Shown: in pieces, positions 17,387-25,960 of the stretch
Numbering within the stretch: position 1 is the stretch's first letter
Layout: each line of letters begins with the position of its first letter
DNA from: a virus
DNA: 64,000 nt
Strand: one strand, 5' to 3'
Virus record (IMG/VR): IMGVR_UViG_3300002835_000024
The notes under the pieces: generated by a model
Told to the model about the DNA's origin: nothing
The model's database searches: none
The model's input: only the letters and a program-made list of their open reading frames with translations
Made by a program: the position numbers and the translations under genes

Positions 17387-18123
17387 TTGTGCAAGAAAAC
17401 CTCAATACTGTTATCGCTAAAATAACAAAAACCGGAGAATATAAATCTTCCGGGCGAAATTTTACAGCTTTATCAGTTTGGGATATAGATGACACTTTGT
17501 ATACGACGCCAGGAATAAAAATTTTATTAAAAGATCCTAAGACGAAAAAAATTATTAGAACATTAACTACTGCAGAGTATGCTAATCATCACAAATCGAA
17601 TGATTATGAATATGATTTTTCTCAATTCACTGATCCACAATATTTTTCTGATAAAGCCATAAAAACAACTTTGTTTAATAAAGCTATACAAGAATTTAGG
17701 GATAAATCAAATTTTTTTATAATATTGACAGCAAGAAGCAATATGTCCATCAAAAGTCAAAATGATAAAAAAATAGAAAATGAAATGTTTACAGCAATGA
17801 CACCACAGCAACGAATAAAAATGCAAGAACAAAGTGCAAAAGAAATATTTTTAAAAAAATTTAGAAATGATGGATTGCAAATATACAAAAACGATCCAGG
17901 CGCGCATGTAATAAGAATGGGGTCTTTGAGTGCTGGATATGATAAGGGTAAAGTCATAGCTGAAATATTGAGAGCGGCTGATAAATCTCAAACCAAAATA
18001 CAATCAGTAAAATATTGGGATGATAGTTCTGAAGAAATAAAAAATATGCGAACAGCCTCGTCGTTGTTTAAAAATATTAAATTTACTATAACAGAAGTAC
18101 CGAGAAAACATGCCAACTTATAA
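17383..18123 (+). CDS. HAD-superfamily phosphatase-like protein
   Basis: WDIDDTL (DxD), ILTAR, K, YWDDS motifs. Confidence 0.75.
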   Translation: MIVQENLNTVIAKITKTGEYKSSGRNFTALSVWDIDDTLYTTPGIKILLKDPKTKKIIRTLTTAEYANHHKSNDYEYDFSQFTDPQYFSDKAIKTTLFNKAIQEFRDKSNFFIILTARSNMSIKSQNDKKIENEMFTAMTPQQRIKMQEQSAKEIFLKKFRNDGLQIYKNDPGAHVIRMGSLSAGYDKGKVIAEILRAADKSQTKIQSVKYWDDSSEEIKNMRTASSLFKNIKFTITEVPRKHANL

Positions 18124-18421
18124 GTTTAAAAACAGAAAAACTGGTGACGAGTTTACAGAGTTTATGAAAATCTCAGAGCTTGATCCATACAAAGAAGCAA
18201 ATCCAGATCTCGAGCAGGTTCCAAACGGAGCTCCTCTTATTGCTTATAGAAATCTAGGCAGTGAGATAAAAGTTGATGGCGGGTTCAAGGAAGTTCTACA
18301 GAAAGCAGCCGAGGCGCATCCCCTTTCTCCACTGGCAGATAGATATATGAAGAAAACAGCAAAACAGTTGAAAACTGAAGAAGTCGTCAAAAAACACAGA
18401 AGGCGTTCCGGTAAAACATAG
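18110..18421 (+). CDS. FmdB-like small regulatory protein
   Basis: MPTYKF.N..TG.EF...M.ISE. Confidence 0.65.
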   Translation: MPTYKFKNRKTGDEFTEFMKISELDPYKEANPDLEQVPNGAPLIAYRNLGSEIKVDGGFKEVLQKAAEAHPLSPLADRYMKKTAKQLKTEEVVKKHRRRSGKT

Positions 18422-18433
18422 TAAAGGGTAGTT

Positions 18434-19183
18434 ATGAAAAGATTGTCCAGAAAACAAAGAAGAATGATAGAACATGGAGATCTTGACGAAAGCGAAATCT
18501 TGAAAGAAAAAATCTTCAAGATACGTACCGTAAAACCGATAACTGAAAACCAAAAACAGGCATTCGAAGATTTTTATGAAGATCAAAATCTTCTGCTCAC
18601 GGGATCTGCAGGAACGGGCAAAACGTTTATAGCGTGTTATCTAGGTTTGAATGAAGTTTTGCAAAATCCAGAAACCTACAATAGTTTGACAATTGTCAGG
18701 TCAGTTGTTCCAACAAGAGACATGGGATTTATCCCTGGCAAGATTCAAGAGAAGCAACAAATCTATGAGATGCCATATGTTTCTATTTTTCAAGAAATGT
18801 CTCTTGATGATGATAAAAAATCCTATGACAAACTAAAGGGGGATGGTCTGGTCAATTTCATCAGCACCTCTTTTATTCGTGGGCACACCCTTAGAAACAC
18901 TATCGTTGTTGTTGATGAGATTCAGAATATGAATTTCAACGAACTATGGACGGTGATTACCAGAATTGGAAAAAACTGCAGAATCATTTTTTGTGGTGAT
19001 ATTAAACAGAACGATCTCTATAATCAAAGACAGCAGTCTGGATTTGAGAACTTCTTCAAGATCATCAATAATATGCAATCGTTTTCTACCACAGAATTTA
19101 ACGTGAATGACATCGTTAGAAGTGACGTTGTTAAACAGTTTATCACAGCAGCCGAAAAACTCAACATATCACCAAATACGTAA
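18434..19183 (+). CDS. phoH: PhoH-like ATPase
   Basis: GSAGTGKT, RS.V, GFIPG, FIRG.T, DE.QN, ITRIG, GD..Q.D, DIVRS. Confidence 0.95.
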   Translation: MKRLSRKQRRMIEHGDLDESEILKEKIFKIRTVKPITENQKQAFEDFYEDQNLLLTGSAGTGKTFIACYLGLNEVLQNPETYNSLTIVRSVVPTRDMGFIPGKIQEKQQIYEMPYVSIFQEMSLDDDKKSYDKLKGDGLVNFISTSFIRGHTLRNTIVVVDEIQNMNFNELWTVITRIGKNCRIIFCGDIKQNDLYNQRQQSGFENFFKIINNMQSFSTTEFNVNDIVRSDVVKQFITAAEKLNISPNT

Positions 19184-19885
19184 ATGAAAAAGAAATTCAA
19201 ACATAATCTAGTTTGGCCTACTCCGGATTTAGAAACGGAAATCATCAACGGTGGTCGACATTATATCGTAAGAGAAGATGTTAAGTTTCCAAGCGTCACA
19301 ACTATTCTTGATGGCACAGCAGATAAGACTTGGCTACAAGAATGGAAAGCCAGAGTTGGTGAAGAAGAAGCTGAAAGAATATCAAATCGTGCTAAGAACA
19401 GAGGAACTCTTATGCATGAGATGGCGGAAGATTATACGCTAAACAAAGAATTGAAACCTGTTTCTCCCATCGCAACTATGGTCTTTCAACCCATCAAAAA
19501 GAAACTTGACGCCCACGTAGACGAAATAATGTTTGTAGAGGGATGTCTTTGGAGCGAGAACCTACGAGTAGCAGGACGTTGTGATCTTATTGCATGCTGG
19601 GATGGAGTACCAGCCATCATAGATTATAAGACTGCTTCGAAAGAAAAATGCAAATCGCATATCACAGATTATTTTCTTCAAACATCTTTGTACTCGTATA
19701 TGTTTTGGGAAAGAACCAATATTCTGGTTGATGATATCGTTATCCTGATATCGGTAGAAGATGACCCAGAGGCTCAGGTTTTCCGAGTAAAAGCTTCAGA
19801 TTATTTACAGGAAGCCAAAGGTAGGATAAAAGCCTATGAAAAAGCTTGTCTCGAGAGGCTCGAGAGGCGTTTAGAGCCCATATAA
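19184..19885 (+). CDS. PD-(D/E)XK exonuclease (Cas4/RecB-like)
   Basis: PSVTTIL, RGT.MH, AGR.D, IIDYKT, YFLQ..Y. Confidence 0.88.
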   Translation: MKKKFKHNLVWPTPDLETEIINGGRHYIVREDVKFPSVTTILDGTADKTWLQEWKARVGEEEAERISNRAKNRGTLMHEMAEDYTLNKELKPVSPIATMVFQPIKKKLDAHVDEIMFVEGCLWSENLRVAGRCDLIACWDGVPAIIDYKTASKEKCKSHITDYFLQTSLYSYMFWERTNILVDDIVILISVEDDPEAQVFRVKASDYLQEAKGRIKAYEKACLERLERRLEPI

Positions 19886-20012
19886 GGCTTTCCTAGCCCC
19901 TCCCCAGAGAGCGCACTCTCGGGCTCGAGAGAGGCTTTTAGGGGGTTTAAAAAACCTAATAAAAACAAGGGGCGTAATATTAACGTTTTTTAATGAAAAA
20001 GTTAGAAAAAAG

Positions 20013-20042
20013 GTTGTTTTTTCTCTCTTAGCCGAGTATACT
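20013..20042 (+). promoter_or_regulatory. Probable early promoter
   Basis: Upstream A-tracts, then TTGTTT-~N17-TATACT. Confidence 0.5.
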
Positions 20043-20089
20043 GACAATATCGCGTTGAAGCGAATAACTCTTTTGAAGGATCTTATATT

Positions 20090-21103
20090 ATGGCACATAT
20101 GCTTGAGCGTCTCGCTGATGGTTCTTACTCTATGGCTTGGACTGGCGAAACGCCTTGGCACGGTCTCGGGAAGCAAGTTCCTGCTGACCTCACTCCCGAA
20201 CAAATCATGAAAGAGGCTAATCTCGACTGGGAAGTCGAAAAGGTTCCCGCCTATGCCGATATCACAGTCGGTAAGAAAGTCGAGCGAGTCGCAGTTGGTC
20301 GTTCTGCTCTTGTCCGCAAGACGGACGGAAAAGTTCTTGACGTAGTTGGCGATGACTGGAATCCTCTGCAAAATGCCGATGCTTTCCAGTTCTTCAATGA
20401 CTTCATTGCAGCTGGTGACATGTCTATGCATACCGCTGGATCCATTCAGGATGGACGGCGAGTTTTCGCCCTCGCTAAAGTGAACGAGTCCTTCGAAGCA
20501 GTCAAGGGCGATCGTGTTGATTCGTACCTTCTTCTTTCGAATCCCCACCTTTATGGCAAGACCATCGACATTCAGTTTACGCCCATTCGGGTTGTTTGCT
20601 GGAATACTCTTTCGATGGCTCTTCAGGGTTCGGATCGCAATCGTGTCGCGGTTTCCCACCGTACTGAGTTCAATGGCGATTCAGTGAAAGAAATGCTGGG
20701 TATCGCCAAAGAAAAGCTTCAGACCTATAAAGAAGCTTCCCAGTATCTTTCTTCGAAGCGTCTGCTGAATGAGACTGCCACTGAGTATTTCTCTCGCGTG
20801 TTCGGAACTAAGATGACCAAGAAAGAAGAGAAAGCTTCGGAGCCTTCACGAAACGCTCGGATCGCCCTCGATATGCTGCAACAGCAACCTGGAGCCCAGT
20901 TCGCCGAAGGCAGTATGTGGCAAGGATTCAATTCCGCTACGTTTGTTATTGACCATATCATCGGTCGAAACAATGACAATCGTATGAATTCCGCTTGGTT
21001 TGGTTGGGGTCGTACTAAGAAGATCGAAGCAATGAAGATCGCTATGGAGATGGCAGATTCGGCTCCTGATCTCAGGTCTAAACGCCAGAAAGTTGCTGCA
21101 TGA
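20090..21103 (+). CDS. DUF932 (LGT_TIGR03299-like) protein
   Basis: TPWHGLG, LDW.V, P.QN..AF.FF, TAGS...GR.V, TPIRVVC.NTL. Confidence 0.9.
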   Translation: MAHMLERLADGSYSMAWTGETPWHGLGKQVPADLTPEQIMKEANLDWEVEKVPAYADITVGKKVERVAVGRSALVRKTDGKVLDVVGDDWNPLQNADAFQFFNDFIAAGDMSMHTAGSIQDGRRVFALAKVNESFEAVKGDRVDSYLLLSNPHLYGKTIDIQFTPIRVVCWNTLSMALQGSDRNRVAVSHRTEFNGDSVKEMLGIAKEKLQTYKEASQYLSSKRLLNETATEYFSRVFGTKMTKKEEKASEPSRNARIALDMLQQQPGAQFAEGSMWQGFNSATFVIDHIIGRNNDNRMNSAWFGWGRTKKIEAMKIAMEMADSAPDLRSKRQKVAA

Positions 21104-21127
21104 TATAACTAAAAACTTCGCCTAAAT

Positions 21128-21157
21128 ATGATCAGTGGGTTTGGGCCCACTGATCAT
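21128..21157 (+). promoter_or_regulatory. Perfect 12-bp hairpin in the endolysin leader, next to a late promoter (CTAAATA 21122-21128)
   Basis: ATGATCAGTGGG-TTTGGG-CCCACTGATCAT. Confidence 0.6.
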
Positions 21158-21176
21158 CTGCATGTGAGGTTTTAAA

Positions 21177-21671
21177 ATGGCTAAGAGAGAATTAGTTAGT
21201 AAGAATTTTTTTCTTGATGAGTTTACATATTCGCCGACAGCCAAGTCGTTCAAGATGAATAATGAACCTAATGCAGAGGCGAAAGCAAATCTTAGAAATA
21301 TCATCAAGAAAATCGCCCAACCAGTCAGAGATAATTTTAAAAAGCCTCTGAAGATTAATTCTGGTTATAGATCGCCTCAAGTAAATGTTGCAGTGGGTGG
21401 AGCATCAAAATCTCAACATACTACGGGAGAGGCTATTGACATAGAAATTGAGGGCGTCTCAAATAAAGTTTTGGCTGATTGGATCGATAAGAATTTAGAG
21501 TACGACCAACTTATTCTAGAATTTTATAATCCAATGCAAGGAGTCAACTCTGGTTGGGTTCATGTTTCTCTTAGAAAAACTGGCAAAAACAGAAAAAATA
21601 AATTGGTTGCTTATAAAGACGGCAAAGCTACACGTTATGAAATGGTAACAGATTTCACTAAAGTAAAGTAA
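21177..21671 (+). CDS. Peptidase M15 endolysin
   Basis: SKNF.L.EF..S, SGYR...N..VGGA..SQH..GEA.D, DQLI.E, WVHVS. Confidence 0.9.
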   Translation: MAKRELVSKNFFLDEFTYSPTAKSFKMNNEPNAEAKANLRNIIKKIAQPVRDNFKKPLKINSGYRSPQVNVAVGGASKSQHTTGEAIDIEIEGVSNKVLADWIDKNLEYDQLILEFYNPMQGVNSGWVHVSLRKTGKNRKNKLVAYKDGKATRYEMVTDFTKVK

Positions 21672-21681
21672 GGAAATCAGA

Positions 21682-21792
21682 ATGAAGAATAATTTTTTCA
21701 TGTCTACTATAGACGCTATTATGTCTCTGGTTGGCATTTTCGGATTTGTTGATAATATGAAAGCCGCATTCGCGAGGAAACCTCGTGTTTAA
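21682..21792 (+). CDS. 36-aa hydrophobic peptide (not in ORF track)
   Basis: AAGGA RBS; MKNNFFMSTIDAIMSLVGIFGFVDNMKAAFARKPRV. Confidence 0.4.
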   Translation: MKNNFFMSTIDAIMSLVGIFGFVDNMKAAFARKPRV

Positions 21793-21823
21793 AATTTGTG
21801 ATTTGTTTAAAAGGAATAAAAAT

Positions 21824-22057
21824 ATGTCAAAACATGTTTGGGAAATCTATAGAGACAAAGCTGGTGAATGGCGTTATCGTATTCTGGCCGAAAACGGCAG
21901 AAACGTAGGCTCCTCTGGTGATGGGGTTAAAAATCTAGATGACATATATGAAACAGTCAGTAGACTTAGAAAACCTCAAGACGATATTTCCATTTTGACT
22001 AACAATGAAGGAAACGTTTCTCCGGGTGATAAACAATTCCTTAGCGAGCATGAATAA
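21824..22057 (+). CDS. YegP/DUF1508-like protein
   Basis: WEIYRDKAGEWRYRI.A.NG..VG.S; AAGGA RBS before ATG 21824. Confidence 0.75.
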   Translation: MSKHVWEIYRDKAGEWRYRILAENGRNVGSSGDGVKNLDDIYETVSRLRKPQDDISILTNNEGNVSPGDKQFLSEHE

Positions 22058-22061
22058 ACGC

Positions 22062-22092
22062 TTGACTTATAGGTCAGAAAAAGGTATAAATA
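22062..22092 (+). promoter_or_regulatory. Dual sigma70/late promoter
   Basis: TTGACT-N17-TATAAATA. Confidence 0.7.
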
Positions 22093-22096
22093 GGTT

Positions 22097-22208
22097 GTAG
22101 TAGAGTTTCGATGACGATGATCTGGACCAATGAATTTTGGCGTTAGACTAAGATCTCCTTATTTTGGGAGTACGTGGGGGTGGATCCCACTCGTTGTTGA
22201 ATGACTAC
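22097..22208 (+). ncRNA. Putative structured tRNA-like non-coding RNA
   Basis: Has its own promoter. Ends pair (GTAGT/ACTAC; TTCGATGACGA/TCGTTGTTGAA), with a T-arm-like GTGGG-GGTGGAT-CCCAC hairpin and further internal hairpins. Confidence 0.5.
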
Positions 22209-22232
22209 TAATAAATTGCTAGGAGTGTTTGT

Positions 22233-23024
22233 ATGGGTAAATTATTACAAATTATAAAAGAAACTCTTTCTGATTATAAAGTAATAGTTTCGCCTCATCC
22301 CATTCACTATAGGCGTCCTTATGGAATTTCCAATTTAGACTCAGCAATGTCAGAAGCTTCTCGAGTCAAAGCTTCTCCAGTCAGTGCTTTAGAACCAGAT
22401 GAAAAATCTCTAGACGAAATATCAGAAAAACTGACAAAGGACAGGCCAAAAATTTCAGAAACCCAAGCAGGTCATGTTGAAGATTATACTACTGATGAAA
22501 CTGGATCTTCTTATCATATCAATACTTCTCTTATTGACGCGCATAACAATGGAACGCACCCTGAAGGAGATATGATATATGAAGATAAACGAATTCATCG
22601 CACTATTTCAAAATTAACTGAGAATCCAATTGGTCACAGTGTTGATCTTTATTCTGGTGTTGGGTTTGATCCTGAAAAACTATTAGGTGGTTCTTCTAAT
22701 TCCATATTGCATCTACCCGCCCACACATCAACGACACATTCTCCTCTCGTCGCGCTTAAACACGCCATGGACAATCGTCCGAGAACTGGCAAAGGTAATG
22801 GGAATGCTGGCAACACAGCCCACATAATTAAAATTTCTACCACACCAAAAACAAAAGGATTTCATGTTGGTGATTTGTCTGAGTTCAATAATGAACGAGA
22901 AACAATTTTACCAGCCAAAACAAACTTGATACATTCACATACAACAATGCATACAGATGAGAATAATCCAAATATAAAAGTGAAAATACATCATTTTGCG
23001 GTTCATTCTCAGGAAAACGATTGA
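22233..23024 (+). CDS. ADP-ribosyltransferase (Alt/Mod/VIP2-like)
   Basis: YT..., S..IN..L, LYSG (usually YRG), HTSTT (STS-like), ERETILP (ExE). N-terminus LLQIIKE. Confidence 0.75.
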   Translation: MGKLLQIIKETLSDYKVIVSPHPIHYRRPYGISNLDSAMSEASRVKASPVSALEPDEKSLDEISEKLTKDRPKISETQAGHVEDYTTDETGSSYHINTSLIDAHNNGTHPEGDMIYEDKRIHRTISKLTENPIGHSVDLYSGVGFDPEKLLGGSSNSILHLPAHTSTTHSPLVALKHAMDNRPRTGKGNGNAGNTAHIIKISTTPKTKGFHVGDLSEFNNERETILPAKTNLIHSHTTMHTDENNPNIKVKIHHFAVHSQEND

Positions 23025-23051
23025 CAAACTATAAAATATAGGGTATAAATA
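23021..23051 (+). promoter_or_regulatory. Dual sigma70/late promoter for tmRNA
   Basis: TTGACA-N17-TATAAATA. Confidence 0.75.
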
Positions 23052-23056
23052 GTCTT

Positions 23057-23372
23057 AATGATAGTAAACTGATGGGTGTTAAAGCAAGCAAGACGAGGGT
23101 GCGAATCCCTCCGCCTCCACCAAAAGCAGTATGTAAAGGTTGTTGACCTTCATCATATGCTAGCTAGGTAAGTAGAATTCTTACTACATACTGTTTTTGA
23201 TGGGGGCGAATTAGGATCGATTGGTTGTGAATAAATCCAAAGGCTATCCGGATGTTCTCCGTTAAACGAACAAAAACTAGAAATGCCAACGATAACGAAG
23301 TTGCATTTGAGACTCGCCTAGCGGCATGATCTCGACGGGCACGGAGGACGCCTTGGAACAGAAGTTCCTCCA
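23057..23372 (+). ncRNA. ssrA: Circularly permuted (two-piece) tmRNA
   Basis: The T-arm and acceptor 3' end ...CGCCTCCACCA (ends 23122) precede the 5' half GGGGGCGAA (starts 23202). G3:U70 pair present. Tag ORF ANDNEVAFETRLAA* at 23285-23329. The intervening segment is self-complementary. Outer ends are approximate. Confidence 0.93.
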
Positions 23373-23394
23373 CTAATCTTAACATGTTAAAGGA

Positions 23395-23586
23395 ATGAAT
23401 AAAATGAAATATATTGCTGCTGCTCTTGTTCTCTCTCTTGCCGCCTGCTCGCAAGAAGCTCCTGTTGCTCCTCCGGTCGAGCCTGCTCCTCCAGTTGAAA
23501 CACCAACTCCTGTTGCTCCTGCTGAGCCGCCTGCTGTTGTTGAACCTGTCAATCCCGCTGAAGCTGCAACCACTGTAGCTCAGTAG
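23395..23586 (+). CDS. Small Pro/Ala-rich lipoprotein
   Basis: Signal peptide with lipobox LAAC, then a PVEPAPP low-complexity tail. Confidence 0.8.
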   Translation: MNKMKYIAAALVLSLAACSQEAPVAPPVEPAPPVETPTPVAPAEPPAVVEPVNPAEAATTVAQ

Positions 23587-23598
23587 TTTATAGGAAAG

Positions 23599-23630
23599 TT
23601 ATCCAAGGTTACTAACATAACCTTGGATAA
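23599..23630. repeat. Perfect 13-bp inverted repeat upstream of the TonB receptor
   Basis: TTATCCAAGGTTA-N6-TAACCTTGGATAA, extendable imperfectly. Confidence 0.8.
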
Positions 23631-23677
23631 TTTCTATATAATTTGGTCAAATATCATGAATTCGAGAGGAACGGAGA

Positions 23678-25951
23678 ATGATTAAAAAGGCTTTATTACT
23701 AGCCACAGCTAGTATGGCTATTGCGCCTGCAATTTATGCGCAACAACATGATGTTGTTATTATTACTGCCACTAAGACTGAAACTGATCTGCAAGATACG
23801 CCTATTTCAGTAGCTGTGCTTGACGACGAACAACTGGTAAAAAGAAATGCAGGAAGCTTGCTTGATCTTTCTGATGGATCAGTTCCAAGTCTAAGAATCG
23901 CAACTTTCGAATCCAGACAGTCTGCACTTACAGTAGGCATGAGAGGAATTGTGCCAGGAGACGCTAACCAGCCAGCTAGGGAACAAGGTGTTGGTGTTTA
24001 CCTTGACGGAGTTTACATGGGCAGACAGCATGGTCTAAATGCTGGGTTTCTCGACATTGAGCGTGTTGAAGTTCTTCGTGGTCCACAGGGTACGCTGTTT
24101 GGACGAAATACCGAAGGTGGGGCTGTGAACATCATCAGTAAATCTCCAACAGGAGTTTTTGGAGGATCTTTCAGCGCTGGAGTTGGTAATTACGGAATTT
24201 ATTCTGGCAACTTCCGTCTTAATTTGCCGGAGTTTGCTGGTGTTTCTGTAAAGATGGATGCGGGAATTCAACATCAAGACGCGACCACAAAAAACCCAAC
24301 CCAAAATCAATATGGATGGAATTATCATCACAGGTATGGCGGAAGAATAGCAGCAAGGTGGGAACCTACGGATACTTTCCGTGCTGATATTGCTGTTGAT
24401 TCCAGCAGAGATCAAAACACCCCCTATTTCAGCCAATTGATTAACTATAATCCTCTGAACAGACCTGTCGCGACACTTTCTCAAATTGCTGCAGCTGGCA
24501 ATAAAATACCTTCCGGATATGTCGCGCCTCTTCCTAGCGTTGTTGTGGTGCAACCCGATCGTGCCAAATCTGCCGCAGTTGGAGTTCCTCAAGAACCAAG
24601 TATCGGCAAATCTTCAGGTATCACTTCAACCCTAACTTGGGACATCAATGATGATCTTGAGTTTAAATCTATTACAGCAAGGCGTGAAGTGTCAGATCGC
24701 CAGTTTGATAATTCAGGTTCAGCTAATCGCACACCTGTTTTTGTCCCTAACGCCACATTCAGTAGATATTCAATCGCTAAATTGAATCAAGAACAGTTTT
24801 CACAAGAGTTCCAGCTTATTGGTTCAATGGACAATTTAACCTATGTTGTTGGCGCTTATTATTTTACGGAAACTGCTGATGATGAAGCAAGAACTCCCAA
24901 TACTAATAAATGGAATGCCTTTGGCACAGCCTACACCTTTGTTGATCCCAGCACATATTCGCTAACGCCAATTGCTCGCGCTTCACAAGCAGAAGCTGAT
25001 AGCTACGCTCTCTATGGCCAGGCCACATATACGGTAAATGATGATTGGCATTTTACCCTTGGTGGTAGAGTTACAGAAGATAAGAAAAATGGTAAACTGT
25101 TCACGGTGAATGGCGCAAGCACTAATCTAACCTTCAGACAAGAGAACAGACGATTTGATCCGCTTGCTACGCTTGTTTACGATTTCAATGATGATATCAA
25201 TGTTTATGCAAAATATACAACAGGATATCGTGCTGGCGGAGCCAGTTCTCGGTCACTGATTTATCGTTCTTTTGGACCTGAATCTGTGAAGTCATATGAA
25301 ATTGGATCCAAGATGGATCTATTTGATAACACCAGACTAAATGTTGCTGCTTATACCATGGACAGAAAAGACAGTCAGGTTGATTTCAATTTCTTTGTCC
25401 CCCAACCAAACGGTACCGTCCGCAATACCCTCGAAACAGTGAATGCGGAAGGCACCACAAAAATCAAGGGGCTTGAAGTAGATCTAACTGTAGAACCAAT
25501 TGATGATCTTAAGATGGCTGTTTCATATGCATATACGGACACTCTGATGCCACTCGCCCGTAATACTGTGCAAGAGCAACTTAATGCATTGCTGACTCCA
25601 CCTAATCTGTCTCCGGTATTCCAGAAAGTGTTCATCACATATACCCCAGAACATGCTTTGTCAGCATCTGTTGATTATGACATTGTTGATTGGAGTTTTC
25701 ATATTGATGGAAACTATTCATCACCCCAATACACTTTTGACAACGAAGATGTTCAAAATGAAGAAAGCTTTGTTGTCAACACTCGTGTAAGTAAAGAATT
25801 TGAAAACTTTACAGTTTCAATTTGGAGTCGTAATCTTTTTGATACGTCTTACATTTATAGACGTTCAAATGCCAACGGAACAGTGTTGGGCGATTATGCA
25901 AACTTTAATGAGCCTAGAACGTTTGGTATCGACTTCACAACAAATTTCTAG
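23678..25951 (+). CDS. TonB-dependent outer-membrane receptor
   Basis: Signal peptide, TonB box (DVVIITA), plug motif GVYLDGVY...DIERVEVLRGPQGTLFGRN..GGAVNIIS, C-terminal PRTFG...F. Confidence 0.95.
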   Translation: MIKKALLLATASMAIAPAIYAQQHDVVIITATKTETDLQDTPISVAVLDDEQLVKRNAGSLLDLSDGSVPSLRIATFESRQSALTVGMRGIVPGDANQPAREQGVGVYLDGVYMGRQHGLNAGFLDIERVEVLRGPQGTLFGRNTEGGAVNIISKSPTGVFGGSFSAGVGNYGIYSGNFRLNLPEFAGVSVKMDAGIQHQDATTKNPTQNQYGWNYHHRYGGRIAARWEPTDTFRADIAVDSSRDQNTPYFSQLINYNPLNRPVATLSQIAAAGNKIPSGYVAPLPSVVVVQPDRAKSAAVGVPQEPSIGKSSGITSTLTWDINDDLEFKSITARREVSDRQFDNSGSANRTPVFVPNATFSRYSIAKLNQEQFSQEFQLIGSMDNLTYVVGAYYFTETADDEARTPNTNKWNAFGTAYTFVDPSTYSLTPIARASQAEADSYALYGQATYTVNDDWHFTLGGRVTEDKKNGKLFTVNGASTNLTFRQENRRFDPLATLVYDFNDDINVYAKYTTGYRAGGASSRSLIYRSFGPESVKSYEIGSKMDLFDNTRLNVAAYTMDRKDSQVDFNFFVPQPNGTVRNTLETVNAEGTTKIKGLEVDLTVEPIDDLKMAVSYAYTDTLMPLARNTVQEQLNALLTPPNLSPVFQKVFITYTPEHALSASVDYDIVDWSFHIDGNYSSPQYTFDNEDVQNEESFVVNTRVSKEFENFTVSIWSRNLFDTSYIYRRSNANGTVLGDYANFNEPRTFGIDFTTNF

Positions 25952-25960
25952 GGCATTATT

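Noticed and set aside
19980-20005. CtrA box (TTAA-N7-TTAA)
   Set aside because: Half-site spacings are 6 and 8 nt, not 7.
19871-20659. 262-aa antisense ORF
   Set aside because: Overlaps the DUF932 gene on the opposite strand and has no recognisable motifs.
23164-23573. Minus-strand ORFs over the tmRNA and lipoprotein
   Set aside because: Explained by plus-strand features.
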